Positions 42,214-56,275 are shown, numbered from the stretch's first letter. The stretch: 64,000 nucleotides of DNA from Candidatus Magasanikiibacteriota bacterium (GCA_043825135.1 JBDRSF010000066.1:6355-70354), one strand, 5' to 3'. The notes: generated from the sequence alone by a model not told the origin. Numbers and translations are program-made.

Positions 42214-43647
42214 TTACAACTTAGTCATCTCTTGTCCCACACTAGTATCTTTCACTTCCCAGCCAAGTTTTTTAATTTCATCACGCAATTCATCAGATTT
42301 TTTATAATCTTTGGCTTCGCGAGCTATTTGGCGCTCGTCCAAAAGTTTTTGGACCTCGTCTGGTATTATTGTTTCTCCGCCAGAGGCGGATCCGCCTTGG
42401 GTGGAAATATCAAGACCGAGGATTTTATCAAATTCCAAAAGAGTAGGGTAGTCCAGTTTATCTTGCTTAAGAGACTCCCACACAAGAGCCAAAGCGCCCG
42501 GAGTATCTAAATCATCATTAATCCTTTCTAAAAATGTAGCATTTATCTCTTTATCTCCATTTATCTCTTTGTCTTTTATCTTGTTTACCTCTTTATATAG
42601 ACGATTGAGGCCAGTTTGCGCAGCTTCGAGGGCTTCCCAGCTAAAATTTAATTGTTTTCGGTAGTGAGTTTGAAGCAGGAAATAGCGATAAGCAATTGGA
42701 CTAATATTTTTTTCTTTTAAAGTTTGTAAGGTTATAAAATTACCAGCTGATTTCGCCATTTTTTCTGTGCCCATGTTTAAAAATTCGTTGTGTAGCCAAT
42801 ATTTTACCCAAGGTTTTTTGCCGGTCAATGTTTCAGATTGGGCAATTTCGTTGGTGTGGTGAACTGGGATATGATCAATGCCACCGCAGTGGATGTCAAA
42901 CTGTTCGCCGAGGTATTTCATTGACATTGCAGAGCATTCAATATGCCAGCCGGGGAAGCCCATGTGTTCGAAGGCTTGCCATTCCATTTGGCGTTGAGAT
43001 CCTTCGGGCACTGCGGTGCCCTCAGGATGGAGTTCGCTGTGACGCGAACTCCATTTCCATAATGCAAAATCTGTGGCGTTTTTCTTTTCACCCATATCTA
43101 CACGCTCACCAGCTTTTAATTCTTGATTTCTTAGATTCGCCATTTTGCCGTAGTCGTCAATTTTAGTTGTATCAAAATATATGCCGTCTGATGTTTCGTA
43201 AGTTACGCCTTTGTCAATTAGTTTTTGGACTAGATCAATTTGTTTTTGAATGTGATCTGTGGCTTTGCACCAGATGTTTGGTTCTTCAATATTTAGATCA
43301 TGTAAATTAGATTTGAAAGCTTCAGTATAAAACTCAGCGATTTCCCAAGCTGTTTTGCCTTCGCGTTTGGCGCCTTTTTCCATTTTGTCTTCACCAGCAT
43401 CAGCATCATCAGTCAGGTGGCCAACATCGGTAATATTCATGACGTGTTTTACTTTATAATTATTATATTCCAAAACACGCTTCAAAATATCTTCAAAAAC
43501 ATAAGATCGTAGATTGCCAATATGGGCAAAATTATAAACAGTCGGGCCACAAGTATAGAGTCCAACTTCTTTTGACTTTAATAAACCTTTTTTAAGAGGT
43601 GTAAAATCCTCTTTTTTTCTAGTTAAAGTATTGTATAGATTTAGCAT
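42214..43647 (-). CDS. cysS: Cysteine--tRNA ligase
   Basis: [15 protein letters not shown] (HIGH-class motif), KMAKS, zinc-binding Cys pattern. Confidence 0.9.
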   Translation of the reverse strand: MLNLYNTLTRKKEDFTPLKKGLLKSKEVGLYTCGPTVYNFAHIGNLRSYVFEDILKRVLEYNNYKVKHVMNITDVGHLTDDADAGEDKMEKGAKREGKTAWEIAEFYTEAFKSNLHDLNIEEPNIWCKATDHIQKQIDLVQKLIDKGVTYETSDGIYFDTTKIDDYGKMANLRNQELKAGERVDMGEKKNATDFALWKWSSRHSELHPEGTAVPEGSQRQMEWQAFEHMGFPGWHIECSAMSMKYLGEQFDIHCGGIDHIPVHHTNEIAQSETLTGKKPWVKYWLHNEFLNMGTEKMAKSAGNFITLQTLKEKNISPIAYRYFLLQTHYRKQLNFSWEALEAAQTGLNRLYKEVNKIKDKEINGDKEINATFLERINDDLDTPGALALVWESLKQDKLDYPTLLEFDKILGLDISTQGGSASGGETIIPDEVQKLLDERQIAREAKDYKKSDELRDEIKKLGWEVKDTSVGQEMTKL

Positions 43648-43804
43648 AAAATTTTATTGTTAAGTTAGGTTTATTATAGTTGAAAAAGGCGGTGGTGTAA
43701 AGAGAAAGTTTCACGACACACGATCTACGTAACAAAATTCGTTTGTGTAGATGTAGTGAAAAATTTTGACTTTTATTTTGAAAATAAAGTCTGCGCTAGA
43801 CCAG

Positions 43805-43849
43805 ACCCCCACCCCACTTCGTGTGGGCTCCCCCTTATAGGGGGAGAGC
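43805..43849. repeat. Composite ccaccccacttcgtgtggg + gctcccccttatagggggagagc element (similar copy at 52598-52638)
   Basis: Direct comparison of the two loci. Confidence 0.65.
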
Positions 43850-43924
43850 ATCTGGGTCGTGTTGTGTGGGTCGTGGGTCATGTTCTAGTGGTATTGTTTT
43901 TTAAAATGTGATATAATAATTTAG

Positions 43925-44001
43925 TCAAAAGTCCATAAAGTCTATAAAGTCAGAAAGCTTTAATACTTTATAGACTTTATAGACTTTTTACTTTATAGAC
44001 T
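43925..44001. repeat. Head-to-head TATAAAGTC/GACTTTATA array ending 6 nt before pilM ATG
   Basis: cataaagtc tataaagtc agaaagcttt ... actttatagac tttatagac ... tttatagac. Confidence 0.8.
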
Positions 44002-44006
44002 AAAAT

Positions 44007-45149
44007 ATGTCTCTATTTTCTAAACACGAAGCATACCTTGGTATTGATATTGGTGCACATGGAATCAAGCTGGTTGAGCTTCACAAAACCAAGGGGCGAC
44101 CACAGCTTTGGACCTATGGCATTGTTGATCAGGATTTGGATATTCATTTACCAAATATTCACGACAAAACTCCAGAAGAAATTTTACTTTCAGAAGATAG
44201 TGTTTTTCTCAATTCTCAAGATGGTAAGACAAGGAAAAAACCAAAAGAATTACCAGAATTAGATGATCCAAGAATTGATAAGTATGCCAAACTTTTGAAA
44301 GAATTAGCAAAAAGGGCAAAAGTAACAACCAATTTGGCAACTGCTAGTTTGCCGGTTTCTTATATTTTTCATGCAATTTTGAATCTGCCAAAGATGGAAG
44401 AAAAAGAACTAGACAAGATAGTTCGAGCTGAAATTACCAAAATGTTATCACGTCCAATGGAAGAAATGCAGATAGTACATCAAAAAATTCCCAATGATGA
44501 TGAAAAATCCAAGAGTATGAGTATTTTAGTGACAGCTGTCCCTAAAATTCTAGTTCAATTTTATACTCTTATTTTTCAAAAGGCTGGATTACAGCTTCAA
44601 GAATTGGAGACAGAGGCCTTTGCTTTAGAGCGTTCACTTGTTGGTCGTGACAAGGCTACATCTATGGTGGTAGATATTGGAGCCGAACGAACTAATTTTT
44701 TTATTATTGATCAAGGTTTACCACTCACTCATCGCAGTGTTAGTGAGGGTGGTTATAGTATTGATGTTGAATTATCTAAGTTATTAGGAATAGAAAAAGA
44801 TTTAGCATCACAAATAAAAAAAGATTTATCAAAAATGGATAAAATTCCAGATCACGTTTTTATGCCATTTATTGATATTATAACCAAAGAAATTGAATAC
44901 AGTTTTGATTTATTTTTAAGTCAAACTGGTAATAAAGGGAAAAAACCAGAAAAAATAATTTTGACTGGCGGGGCTTCAGTAATGCCTTTTTTTAAAGAAG
45001 AAATTCAAAAGAAATTTCCTCTTAAGGTTTTTGTGGGTGATCCTTGGGCCAGAACAGTTTATCAAGATAGTTTAAAGCAAATTTTGGATGATATTGGACC
45101 TAGAATGTCAGTAAGTATTGGTTTGGCGATGAGAAACATAGTGAAGTAA
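44007..45149 (+). CDS. pilM: Type IV pilus assembly ATPase-like protein PilM
   Basis: Actin-like fold N-terminus LGIDIGAHGIKLVEL...; genomic context with pilin and prepilin peptidase. Confidence 0.75.
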   Translation: MSLFSKHEAYLGIDIGAHGIKLVELHKTKGRPQLWTYGIVDQDLDIHLPNIHDKTPEEILLSEDSVFLNSQDGKTRKKPKELPELDDPRIDKYAKLLKELAKRAKVTTNLATASLPVSYIFHAILNLPKMEEKELDKIVRAEITKMLSRPMEEMQIVHQKIPNDDEKSKSMSILVTAVPKILVQFYTLIFQKAGLQLQELETEAFALERSLVGRDKATSMVVDIGAERTNFFIIDQGLPLTHRSVSEGGYSIDVELSKLLGIEKDLASQIKKDLSKMDKIPDHVFMPFIDIITKEIEYSFDLFLSQTGNKGKKPEKIILTGGASVMPFFKEEIQKKFPLKVFVGDPWARTVYQDSLKQILDDIGPRMSVSIGLAMRNIVK

Positions 45150-45361
45150 TTAGTAGAATTGGAGCGAGATATATACGGATTACTGATAATGCGGATTTAC
45201 TGATGTTACGGATAAAATCGTCAAATCTGTATATCCGTTAATCCGTTATCCGTATATATCGTAAGGTATAAGTTTTAGAAGCAAGATTTGCTTTTATCCA
45301 CACCTACTTTCACAAAAATCATAAGTCTGGTATAATAAAATAAATTCTTAATTACAATTTT

Positions 45362-45748
45362 ATGGCAGTAGCAAAAAAAATTCATGTTCTTTTAGTAGAA
45401 GACGATACTTTTTTGGCCAACATCTATCAAACGAAATTTACCATGGAGGGTTTTAAGGTATCTGTTTCTGAAAATGGTGAAACTGGTCTAAGTGATGCAA
45501 AAAAGAAAAATCCTGACATTATCTTGTTAGACATACTGTTGCCAAAATTAGATGGTTTCGCTGTTTTGGAAAAATTACAAGCCGATGCTGAATTAAAAAA
45601 GATTCCAGTTATTTTGTTGACGAATTTAGGTCAAAAAGACGATGTTTCCAAGGGTCTTGAAATGGGTGCTAAAGATTATTTAATAAAAGCTCATTTTAAA
45701 CCATCTGAAGTGGTAGATAAAGTTAAGGAAATTTTGAAAATAAAATAG
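45362..45748 (+). CDS. Single-domain response regulator (CheY/PilH-like receiver)
   Basis: VLLVEDD...ILLDILLPKLDGF...DYLIKAHFKP receiver-domain residues. Confidence 0.8.
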   Translation: MAVAKKIHVLLVEDDTFLANIYQTKFTMEGFKVSVSENGETGLSDAKKKNPDIILLDILLPKLDGFAVLEKLQADAELKKIPVILLTNLGQKDDVSKGLEMGAKDYLIKAHFKPSEVVDKVKEILKIK

Positions 45749-45786
45749 TAAATTATGAATATCTTACACGGAAAGGGGGTGGAAAT

Positions 45787-46218
45787 ATGAATAAAAAAGG
45801 TTTTACATTAATTGAATTGCTAGTTGTTATTGCTATTATTGGTTTATTATCAACATTGGCAGTTGTTGCTTTGGGTTCAGCTCGTCTAAAAGCTCGTGAT
45901 TCAAAACGTTTATCAGATTTGAAACAAACTCAAACCGCATTAGAACTTTATTACACTGATAACAGTGCTTATCCAACAGCTGCCTCCTCAACAATTATCG
46001 GTACAGATACTCATGCTTGTTTGAATTCTGCTGGTTTTGCGTCTACTGGTTGTGCTACTCCATATATGGGTCAAGTTCCTTCTGATCCTGGTTCTGGTAC
46101 TTATACTTATGCCTCAGCTGATGGCATTACTTATACCATTACTGCCACTCTTGAGGGTACTGTAAGTGGTTTATCAGGTACAGTTCAAGCAACACCATCA
46201 GGCATTGCTGGTTCATAA
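45787..46218 (+). CDS. Type IV pilin / pseudopilin with prepilin-type N-terminal methylation motif
   Basis: MNKKGFTLIELLVVIAIIGLLSTLAV. Confidence 0.8.
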   Translation: MNKKGFTLIELLVVIAIIGLLSTLAVVALGSARLKARDSKRLSDLKQTQTALELYYTDNSAYPTAASSTIIGTDTHACLNSAGFASTGCATPYMGQVPSDPGSGTYTYASADGITYTITATLEGTVSGLSGTVQATPSGIAGS

Positions 46219-46251
46219 TACAGATTGATCGCTTAGCTAAGCAATTAAAGA

Positions 46252-46276
46252 CCCCCTCTATGCAGGGGGTTTTTGT
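46252..46276 (+). terminator. Rho-independent terminator ccccct-ctatgc-aggggg + TTTTTG after pilin gene
   Basis: Direct reading. Confidence 0.6.
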
Positions 46277-46294
46277 TTGTGGTATACTATACAC

Positions 46295-46578
46295 ACAAAA
46301 ACACTCGGCCTGTGCCGGCCTAAAAACACTCTCCCGACTTCGTCGGGATAAAAACACCCGGCTTGACGGCCTCAAAACACGAAAACACCCAGCGGTGGAA
46401 AAACACTACTCAATAAAGATAAAAATATAATAATTCAATCAAAAAATATATAATATAAGTTTAAAAAGTAAAAACCTTTAATTTAAATTGGATGTACTAG
46501 AAAAATGTGTTTTTGTGTTTTGAATCCGACGAAGTCGGATGGGTTTTTTGAGGCCATTAGGCCGAGTGTTTTTGTAAG
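46295..46578. repeat. Large imperfect palindromic module 2: AAAACAC(TC/CC) repeats with cccgacttcgtcggg hairpin, AT-rich centre, GTGTTTT repeats and tccgacgaagtcgga hairpin
   Basis: Left arm 46295-46410, centre 46411-46505, right arm 46506-46578; same architecture as 18343-18560. Confidence 0.7.
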
Positions 46579-46587
46579 ATATTATTT

Positions 46588-47361
46588 ATGATACTTTTCT
46601 ATTACATAATCACATTCACACTCGGTCTGTGCTTCGGTAGTTTTTTGAATGCATTGGTTTGGCGTACGTGGGAAAATATTTGTATTGCCAATGATCGTTC
46701 AATGTGTCCCCATTGTCACAGGTGTCTAGTTTGGTATGAAAATATCCCGGTTTTAAGTTACATTTTTCTTGGTGGTAAATGTAAGACTTGTCGGCGGGGA
46801 ATAACAATTCAGTATCCACTTGTAGAATTTTTTATGGGGCTGGCCTTTGTTTTTGTGGTGATGATTCGGGCTAAGGGTGATTTTTTACTTACACCAGAAA
46901 TTGTTCGTGATTGGTTTTTAGCTTTTAATCTGGGATTTATTTTTCTTTATGATCTGAAACACAAAGAAATTTTAGATTTTTCTACAGTCCCGACGATTAT
47001 TATTTTTATATTCTTCGCACCCGCCATAGGTTGGCATAGCTGGCAGAGTATGGGGTTAGGGTTTTTGATTGGTGGGGGAGTATTTATGGCGCAATATCTG
47101 ATGTCGCGCGGTAAGTGGATTGGTGGTGGCGATATTCGGTTGGGAGTTTTGATGGGTGTAGTTTTAGGCTTTCCAAATATTTTGTTAGCCCTACTTTTGG
47201 CCTATGTCGGTGGAGCGGTATTTAGTTTGATTTTAATTGGTTTGAAAAAACAAGATATGAAAGGCGAGACGCCATTTGGGACATATTTAGCGCTAGCGAC
47301 TTTTGTGACGATGTTGTGGGGAGAGGGGATTATTGGGTGGTATGTGGGGTTGCTTCACTAG
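46588..47361 (+). CDS. pilD: Prepilin peptidase (A24 family)
   Basis: N-terminal CPHCHRCLVWYENIPVLSYIFLGGKCKTC zinc-ribbon; polytopic membrane domain. Confidence 0.85.
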   Translation: MILFYYIITFTLGLCFGSFLNALVWRTWENICIANDRSMCPHCHRCLVWYENIPVLSYIFLGGKCKTCRRGITIQYPLVEFFMGLAFVFVVMIRAKGDFLLTPEIVRDWFLAFNLGFIFLYDLKHKEILDFSTVPTIIIFIFFAPAIGWHSWQSMGLGFLIGGGVFMAQYLMSRGKWIGGGDIRLGVLMGVVLGFPNILLALLLAYVGGAVFSLILIGLKKQDMKGETPFGTYLALATFVTMLWGEGIIGWYVGLLH

Positions 47362-47406
47362 GGTGTCATCCCGAGTGAGACCGAGCTCGCGTGAGGACGA
47401 ATCGAG

Positions 47407-47426
47407 CCTGCCTGCCGGTAGGCAGG
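47407..47426. repeat. 20-nt palindrome CCTGCCTGCCGGTAGGCAGG (copy 4, 1 mismatch), embedded in a gggtgtcatcccgag...gggatccctttagaaat MITE-related block
   Basis: Direct reading; gggatccctttagaaat recurs at 48330-48346. Confidence 0.8.
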
Positions 47427-47491
47427 GGATCCCTTTAGAAATATTGTTATATTGCTTTACTGTTATATTGTTAGAAATATTACAAAATACT

Positions 47492-48034
47492 ATGAAGAAA
47501 AAACAATTAAAAGAAGGAAAGTTAGAGGGTTGTCGGGGTTATAAATGCAATTGTGGTTGTTGTGATGATGATGTGGTTGAAGAATGGGTGAACGAATATT
47601 GTGCCTTTCATGATGAATGCAAACAAAAAATAATTGATTTAGGAATTAAAATCCATTTTATTGCCGATCGGGTTTATTTTACAAATTGCTCTGATGGTAA
47701 GAATTGTAAATTTTTAGAAATTACAAAAGATTGTGGTCAAGATTTGCGACCAATTGATTGTAAGATTTATCCTTATGCAGTTGATTGGGATACAATTGAT
47801 TTTGATAAAAAGATTGTCAAATTATATTATTGGGATGATGAATGTCCTTTGGCAAAATCTAATAAGATACCAGATGATTTTAAGAAGGAGGTAATAAAAA
47901 TATTGAAACGTGATTTTGCTTTATTGTTTTTTGGTTTTGATTTTAAATTTGTTTTTGAAAACAAAGTGATTGATCATCAATATGAAAAGACTTTGAAGAG
48001 GTTGATAATGAATCGGATAAAGACGACGACATAG
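47492..48034 (+). CDS. Cysteine-rich hypothetical protein (about 13 Cys in 180 aa)
   Basis: CRGYKCNCGCCDDD, CAFHDEC, CSDGKNCKF, DCGQDLRPIDC, DECPL clusters suggest metal binding; start at MKKKQLKEG inside ORF-track frame 47333-48034. Confidence 0.4.
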   Translation: MKKKQLKEGKLEGCRGYKCNCGCCDDDVVEEWVNEYCAFHDECKQKIIDLGIKIHFIADRVYFTNCSDGKNCKFLEITKDCGQDLRPIDCKIYPYAVDWDTIDFDKKIVKLYYWDDECPLAKSNKIPDDFKKEVIKILKRDFALLFFGFDFKFVFENKVIDHQYEKTLKRLIMNRIKTTT

Positions 48035-48094
48035 TTTTTATAAAAAAACCGCTAAAATAAGCGATTTTGGTGGAAAATTAAAGAATGTTATAAC

Positions 48095-48194
48095 GTCCTC
48101 CCCCTAGCAAGGGGGAGACAGAGGGGGTGTTCGTCAACACCCAACGATATGAACCGGCGAACACCCCCCTTTATCCCCCCTTTTTAGGGGGGAG
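48095..48194. repeat. Three tandem GC hairpins: gtcctccccctagcaagggggagac, ggggtgttcg...cgaacacccc, cccccctttttaggggggag
   Basis: Direct reading; flanked by duplicated aaaaaccgctaaaataagcgattttgg at 48046-48070 and 48209-48236. Confidence 0.65.
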
Positions 48195-48447
48195 ATATAG
48201 AAAAACAAAAAAACCGCTAAAATAAGCGATTTTGGGGGAGTGAGAGTGTAAAAAGCCTTTTGGCACTCCATAAATATAGTATAGCACATTTTGGGGGTTT
48301 TGTCAATAGAACGCCAATGTCATCCCGACCAAGGTGGAGGGATCCCTTTAGAAATTGAGACGAGTGTAATTATTGATATAAAATTTAACAAAAATTAATT
48401 TGAAATTTCAAAACAATTTTAAATTCACCTCGAGCAGAATAAAATAA

Positions 48448-51860
<3,413 letters not shown>

Positions 51861-51876
51861 TTTTTAATTTAATAAT

Positions 51877-52182
51877 ATGGATGAAACAAAACGTGGAGGG
51901 GTGGAATCAAGAGATGAATACATAAGAACGTACAGAAGTAAAATCGAACCCCTCATACCTGACATTAAATTATTTTATAGGGAGGATGGGGTCAAATTAT
52001 CAGATCAAGAACGTGATCAGATGTATAGTTCCTGTAGGGATTTAGATGGTATACATGATCAAATGGTTTTTGATATCTGGGGATTGGATCTGAGAGATCT
52101 GGGGTTTTCTGAAGAGGATTTAGAAATACTTAGACGTTTTGTAAATCGTTCTAGATCCACAAGGGATGGTTGGGAAGAATAA
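51877..52182 (+). CDS. Hypothetical protein
   Basis: 101 aa, acidic; overlaps gatC start by 17 nt. Confidence 0.3.
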   Translation: MDETKRGGVESRDEYIRTYRSKIEPLIPDIKLFYREDGVKLSDQERDQMYSSCRDLDGIHDQMVFDIWGLDLRDLGFSEEDLEILRRFVNRSRSTRDGWEE

Positions 52183-52501
52183 AATTAATAAAACTGATGT
52201 GAAATTAAACGAGCAGGAAATAGAAAAAATTGCTAAATTAGCTCGGCTTGAGCTGACTAGCAAAGAAAAGAAAATGTATGCTGAGCAACTCTCGGTTGTT
52301 TTGGATTATGTGGAAATATTGAATGAAGTAGATACTGAAGGTGTAGAAGAGACTTGCCAGGTGACTGGTTTGGAAGATGTGGTGCGGGAGGATGAAGTTC
52401 ATGAGTGTGGTGAAGAAACAAAAGAGAAAATTATAGATGCTTTTCCAGAGAAGGTGGGGGAGTTGTTGAAGGTTAAGGCGGTGTTTGCTGAGGAAGAATA
52501 G
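52166..52501 (+). CDS. gatC: Asp/Glu-tRNA amidotransferase subunit C
   Basis: ...EIEKIAKLARLELTSKEKKMYAEQLSVVLDYVEILNEVDTEGVE... GatC signature; exact start uncertain. Confidence 0.75.
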   Translation: MVGKNKINKTDVKLNEQEIEKIAKLARLELTSKEKKMYAEQLSVVLDYVEILNEVDTEGVEETCQVTGLEDVVREDEVHECGEETKEKIIDAFPEKVGELLKVKAVFAEEE

Positions 52502-52649
52502 TCAATTGATTCCCCCTTACGAAGGGGGAATATACACGAAGTGATTAGGTGGTTTTCATACGTGGTATTTTAAGACCTCATTACCTCTACGATAAACCCC
52601 GCCCCACTACGTGTGTTCCTCCCCTTCGAAAGGGGAGGCTAAATAGCTT

Positions 52650-54068
52650 ATGCAATTAAATACTCTCACAATCAAACAATGCCACGATGGCCTTAAAAAA
52701 GGTGATTTTACTTCGGTAGAGCTCACTCAGGCTTGTTTGGCAAGAATAAAAAAGCGCAATAAAAAAATTAATGCGTTTATTTCGGTTTTTGAAAAAGAAG
52801 CATTAGAAGAAGCAAAAAAGGCTGATAAGCTGATAGCTGATGGCCGACAGCAGATTCTGACCGGTATTCCATTTGCCGTAAAAGATGCGATTAACACACT
52901 AGACAGGCGTTCTACTGGTGGTGGAAAAATTTTGGATAATTATATTTCACCTTATGAAGCAACTGTAATTAAAAAAATACGCGAACAGGGTGCGGTTTTA
53001 ATTGGAAAAACAAACTGCGATGCTTTTGGGCATGGTATTAGTACTGAGAATTCAATGTATGGGGTGACTAGGAATCCACATGATGAAACCAAGGTGGCTG
53101 GTGGTTCATCTGGTGGTTCAGCCGCTTCAGTGGCAGATAACCAGTGTATTTTTTCAATTGCTGAAGATACTGGTGGTTCAATCCGCCAGCCAGCTAGTTT
53201 TTGTGGTATTGTTGGTTTACGTCCTAGTTATGGACGCAATTCTCGTTATGGTATTATGCCAATGTCCAGTTCACTGGACACGGTTGGCCCAATGGCAAAG
53301 ACAGTAGAGGATATTGCTATTTTAATGGAAATTATGGCTGGTCAAGATCTTAAAGATGCCACCACAGCTCATGATAAAGTGCCCAAATATACTAAAGAAA
53401 TTAATAAGAAAATTAAAGGAATCAAAATTGGTATTCCCAAAGAATATTTTGAACTTAAGGGAATGGATCAAGAAGTTAAGGAGATTGTTGAAAGTAAGAT
53501 TAAAGGATTGGTCAAAGCAGGAGCTAAATTGATAGAAGTTTCTTTGCCTCATACAAAATATGCCATTCCTGCTTATTATATTATTGTACCAAGTGAGGAT
53601 AGTTCTAATTTGGGGAGATTAGATGGAGTTCGTTATGGTGTACAAGCAAAGCACAAAACTCTTTATGATGTTTATGCTAAATCGCGTGCTCAGGGTTTTC
53701 CTGAAGAAGTAAAGAGAAGAATAATGATTGGCACCTATGCTTTGTCAGCAGGGTACTATGATGCATATTATCGCAAAGCTCAAAAAGTACGCACTTTAAT
53801 TAAACAAGATTTTGATCGAGTATTCGAACAGGTAGATGTATTGGTCACCCCAACTGTTCCATTTCCCGCTTTTGGTGTAGGGGAAAAGAAAAATGATATT
53901 TTAGCTATGTATTTAGCAGATGTTTTTAATGCTCCAGTATCAATAGCAGGGATACCATGTATTTCAGTCCCAGCTGGAAAAACTAAAAAAGGTCTGCTAG
54001 TTGGATTACAAATTATTGGGAAGAGGTTGGATGAGGAGACAGTTTTGCAATTAGCAAGCTTGGTTTAA
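52650..54068 (+). CDS. gatA: Asp/Glu-tRNA amidotransferase subunit A
   Basis: Amidase signature GGSSGGSAASVA, PFAVKDAI. Confidence 0.9.
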   Translation: MQLNTLTIKQCHDGLKKGDFTSVELTQACLARIKKRNKKINAFISVFEKEALEEAKKADKLIADGRQQILTGIPFAVKDAINTLDRRSTGGGKILDNYISPYEATVIKKIREQGAVLIGKTNCDAFGHGISTENSMYGVTRNPHDETKVAGGSSGGSAASVADNQCIFSIAEDTGGSIRQPASFCGIVGLRPSYGRNSRYGIMPMSSSLDTVGPMAKTVEDIAILMEIMAGQDLKDATTAHDKVPKYTKEINKKIKGIKIGIPKEYFELKGMDQEVKEIVESKIKGLVKAGAKLIEVSLPHTKYAIPAYYIIVPSEDSSNLGRLDGVRYGVQAKHKTLYDVYAKSRAQGFPEEVKRRIMIGTYALSAGYYDAYYRKAQKVRTLIKQDFDRVFEQVDVLVTPTVPFPAFGVGEKKNDILAMYLADVFNAPVSIAGIPCISVPAGKTKKGLLVGLQIIGKRLDEETVLQLASLV

Positions 54069-54202
54069 AATAAGGAAAATACTTATCCACAGTTTAAAAA
54101 AAATATCTTAAAAAGTTAGTAACAAAGTTTATTTTGTGATATAATAATCTAGGTAGTATTAATTTCTTTACTAATCAAATTATATTTATTTAACATATAT
54201 AT

Positions 54203-56149
54203 ATGAAAAAAACAAATCCAATTTTTAAAGAAAGAAAAGAAAGAATTGAACAAGTTTTCTTTTCTCTTTTTTGTTTAATCTTTTTTGTCTTTAGTCTTTT
54301 TTCGCTTTTTCGTTTAGCTGGTTTTGTTTATGCAGCTATACCTCTTGATTCGACAAATTTAACTGTTACTAATGTTACAATTTCTTCAATAAGTATTACT
54401 TGGTTAGATAATGCAACTGATGAAGATGGTTTTATTATTGGGTGGTCTACAGATGGGGTGGATTTTGATACCACATCTACTACTATAACTTCAAGTACTG
54501 ATCCAGTATTTCCAGGTATTGGTCTTTCTACTGGCACAATGCAATTTAATTCGGTAAATTTAGTAACAAATACTTCTTATTGGTACAGGGTAGCCGCTTA
54601 TAATGCTTCAGGTACTTCTGCTTATGTAACAACAACTGAGGCTACATATACTCTAGCTAATACAGCTGACACACCAACCATTGGCACACCAACTACCAGT
54701 ACTTTACCAATTACAATTAATGTAAATTCTAATCCAGCTGCTACCACTTATGCAGTCTACAACTCAACTGACAGTAATTATCTAGACGCAAACGGAGCAT
54801 CAACCAGCACTGCAGTTTACAGCACCACCTCAACATTAGGTGCCAGTTTTGCCGCTACTGGATTATCTATCAACACTGCTTACCAGTTCACTGTAGTTGC
54901 AAGAAATGGTGATTCTGTGCTTGCTGCCACATCAACTGCGAGTACAGCTGTCTATACAGTTGCTAACATACCTTCATCAGTCTCAGCCATAACTGATTCA
55001 ACCACTCAAATCACTCTTACTTGGTCAGGTGATGCTTCTAAATATTATGCAGAAAATACAACTGCCAGCACTACCTCTGGCTGGATCAGTGCCACTTCTT
55101 CTAGCTTTACAAGTCTAACTTGTGGAACCAGTTATACCTTTCGAGTGAAAGGTAGAAATGGTGACGAAGTAGAAACAGCTTATGCTAGTTCAGTAAGTGC
55201 TACGACTAGTGATTGTCCAGCTACCCCATCTTCTAATACTGGTGTACCGGCGCCTGTCAGCACTCCACCTACACAAAAATCAGGACAACCAGTCATATCA
55301 CAAACAAGTAATAATACTATTAAATTTAATATAGAAAATGCCATAGAAATGGCAGTGTCAACTGATTCTGACTTTATTAATTCTTCTTTTGAAAGCTATA
55401 CTAACACCCTAGATATTTCTGATTATACAAACGGACAAACAATATATATTAAATTCAGATCAGATAATGGAGGAACATACACAATTACATATGTGATAGG
55501 TGAGGAACAGGAAACTATACAAGATACGAACGAAGCCACCACCTGCTCTCTAACTGAAAAACAAGTCTACAAACACCCAGCCTCAACAGCTGTCTACTAC
55601 ATCACCGAAGACTGCACTAAACGCGCTTTTAGCCGTTCAGACGTCTTCTTCACCTACTTTCACTCATGGAACGATGTAAAGACTACTACCAAGACTAAAT
55701 TAGATTCTATCACTAATGACACTCTAGGCTTCATGCCTTGGGGACCAAATTATGATCCTAAGTACGGTGCTCTAGTCAAGATAGTAACTGATCCAAAAGT
55801 ATACCTACTTCTTAACACAGAGAAGTATTGGATTACTTCTGAAGCAGTCTTCACAGCCCTTAAATACTCTTGGAACTGGATCGAAGATGTGGCTACTGAC
55901 TTACTAGATAAATATATAGTAGGAAGTGAGATAACCTATACTAATCACCATCCAAACTATACTCTAATTAAATACAAAGACAATAATAAAGTATACAGAC
56001 TAGAACCTGATCCAACAGACACTAATACCCAACTAAAACGTTGGATAACAGACGAAGCAACATTCAATTCTTTGAACTTTAGATGGGATAGAATTGTTAT
56101 CGTTGATGATAGTGAGGTTTATGAGATGGGAAATAATTTAGTGCAATAA
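54203..56149 (+). CDS. Secreted surface protein with fibronectin type III-like repeats and three C-terminal copies of the Y-[LI]-x6-8-W-I-T...W repeat domain
   Basis: Signal anchor; Fn3-like LTVTNVTISSISITWLD...YWYRVAAYNASG; repeats VYYITEDCTKRAF, KVYLLLNTEKYWITSEAVF, KVYRLEPDP...KRWITDEATF. Confidence 0.6.
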   Translation: MKKTNPIFKERKERIEQVFFSLFCLIFFVFSLFSLFRLAGFVYAAIPLDSTNLTVTNVTISSISITWLDNATDEDGFIIGWSTDGVDFDTTSTTITSSTDPVFPGIGLSTGTMQFNSVNLVTNTSYWYRVAAYNASGTSAYVTTTEATYTLANTADTPTIGTPTTSTLPITINVNSNPAATTYAVYNSTDSNYLDANGASTSTAVYSTTSTLGASFAATGLSINTAYQFTVVARNGDSVLAATSTASTAVYTVANIPSSVSAITDSTTQITLTWSGDASKYYAENTTASTTSGWISATSSSFTSLTCGTSYTFRVKGRNGDEVETAYASSVSATTSDCPATPSSNTGVPAPVSTPPTQKSGQPVISQTSNNTIKFNIENAIEMAVSTDSDFINSSFESYTNTLDISDYTNGQTIYIKFRSDNGGTYTITYVIGEEQETIQDTNEATTCSLTEKQVYKHPASTAVYYITEDCTKRAFSRSDVFFTYFHSWNDVKTTTKTKLDSITNDTLGFMPWGPNYDPKYGALVKIVTDPKVYLLLNTEKYWITSEAVFTALKYSWNWIEDVATDLLDKYIVGSEITYTNHHPNYTLIKYKDNNKVYRLEPDPTDTNTQLKRWITDEATFNSLNFRWDRIVIVDDSEVYEMGNNLVQ

Positions 56150-56177
56150 AAAAACATATCCACAGATAAAAGTAAAA

Positions 56178-56198
56178 AGGGCTTCTCAGCCCTTTTTA
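56178..56198 (+). terminator. Rho-independent terminator aagggcttctcagccctt + TTTT
   Basis: Direct reading. Confidence 0.6.
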
Positions 56199-56275
56199 TT
56201 AATTCAAAAAAATGGTAAAATATATTTATCAACTGGTGTTAACCAGACTTTTGTTGTTATACGAAAATATAATTT

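Noticed and set aside
46139-46375. 78-aa minus-strand ORF overlapping the pilin 3' end and terminator
   Set aside because: Antisense to a well-supported gene and spans a hairpin-rich repeat module.
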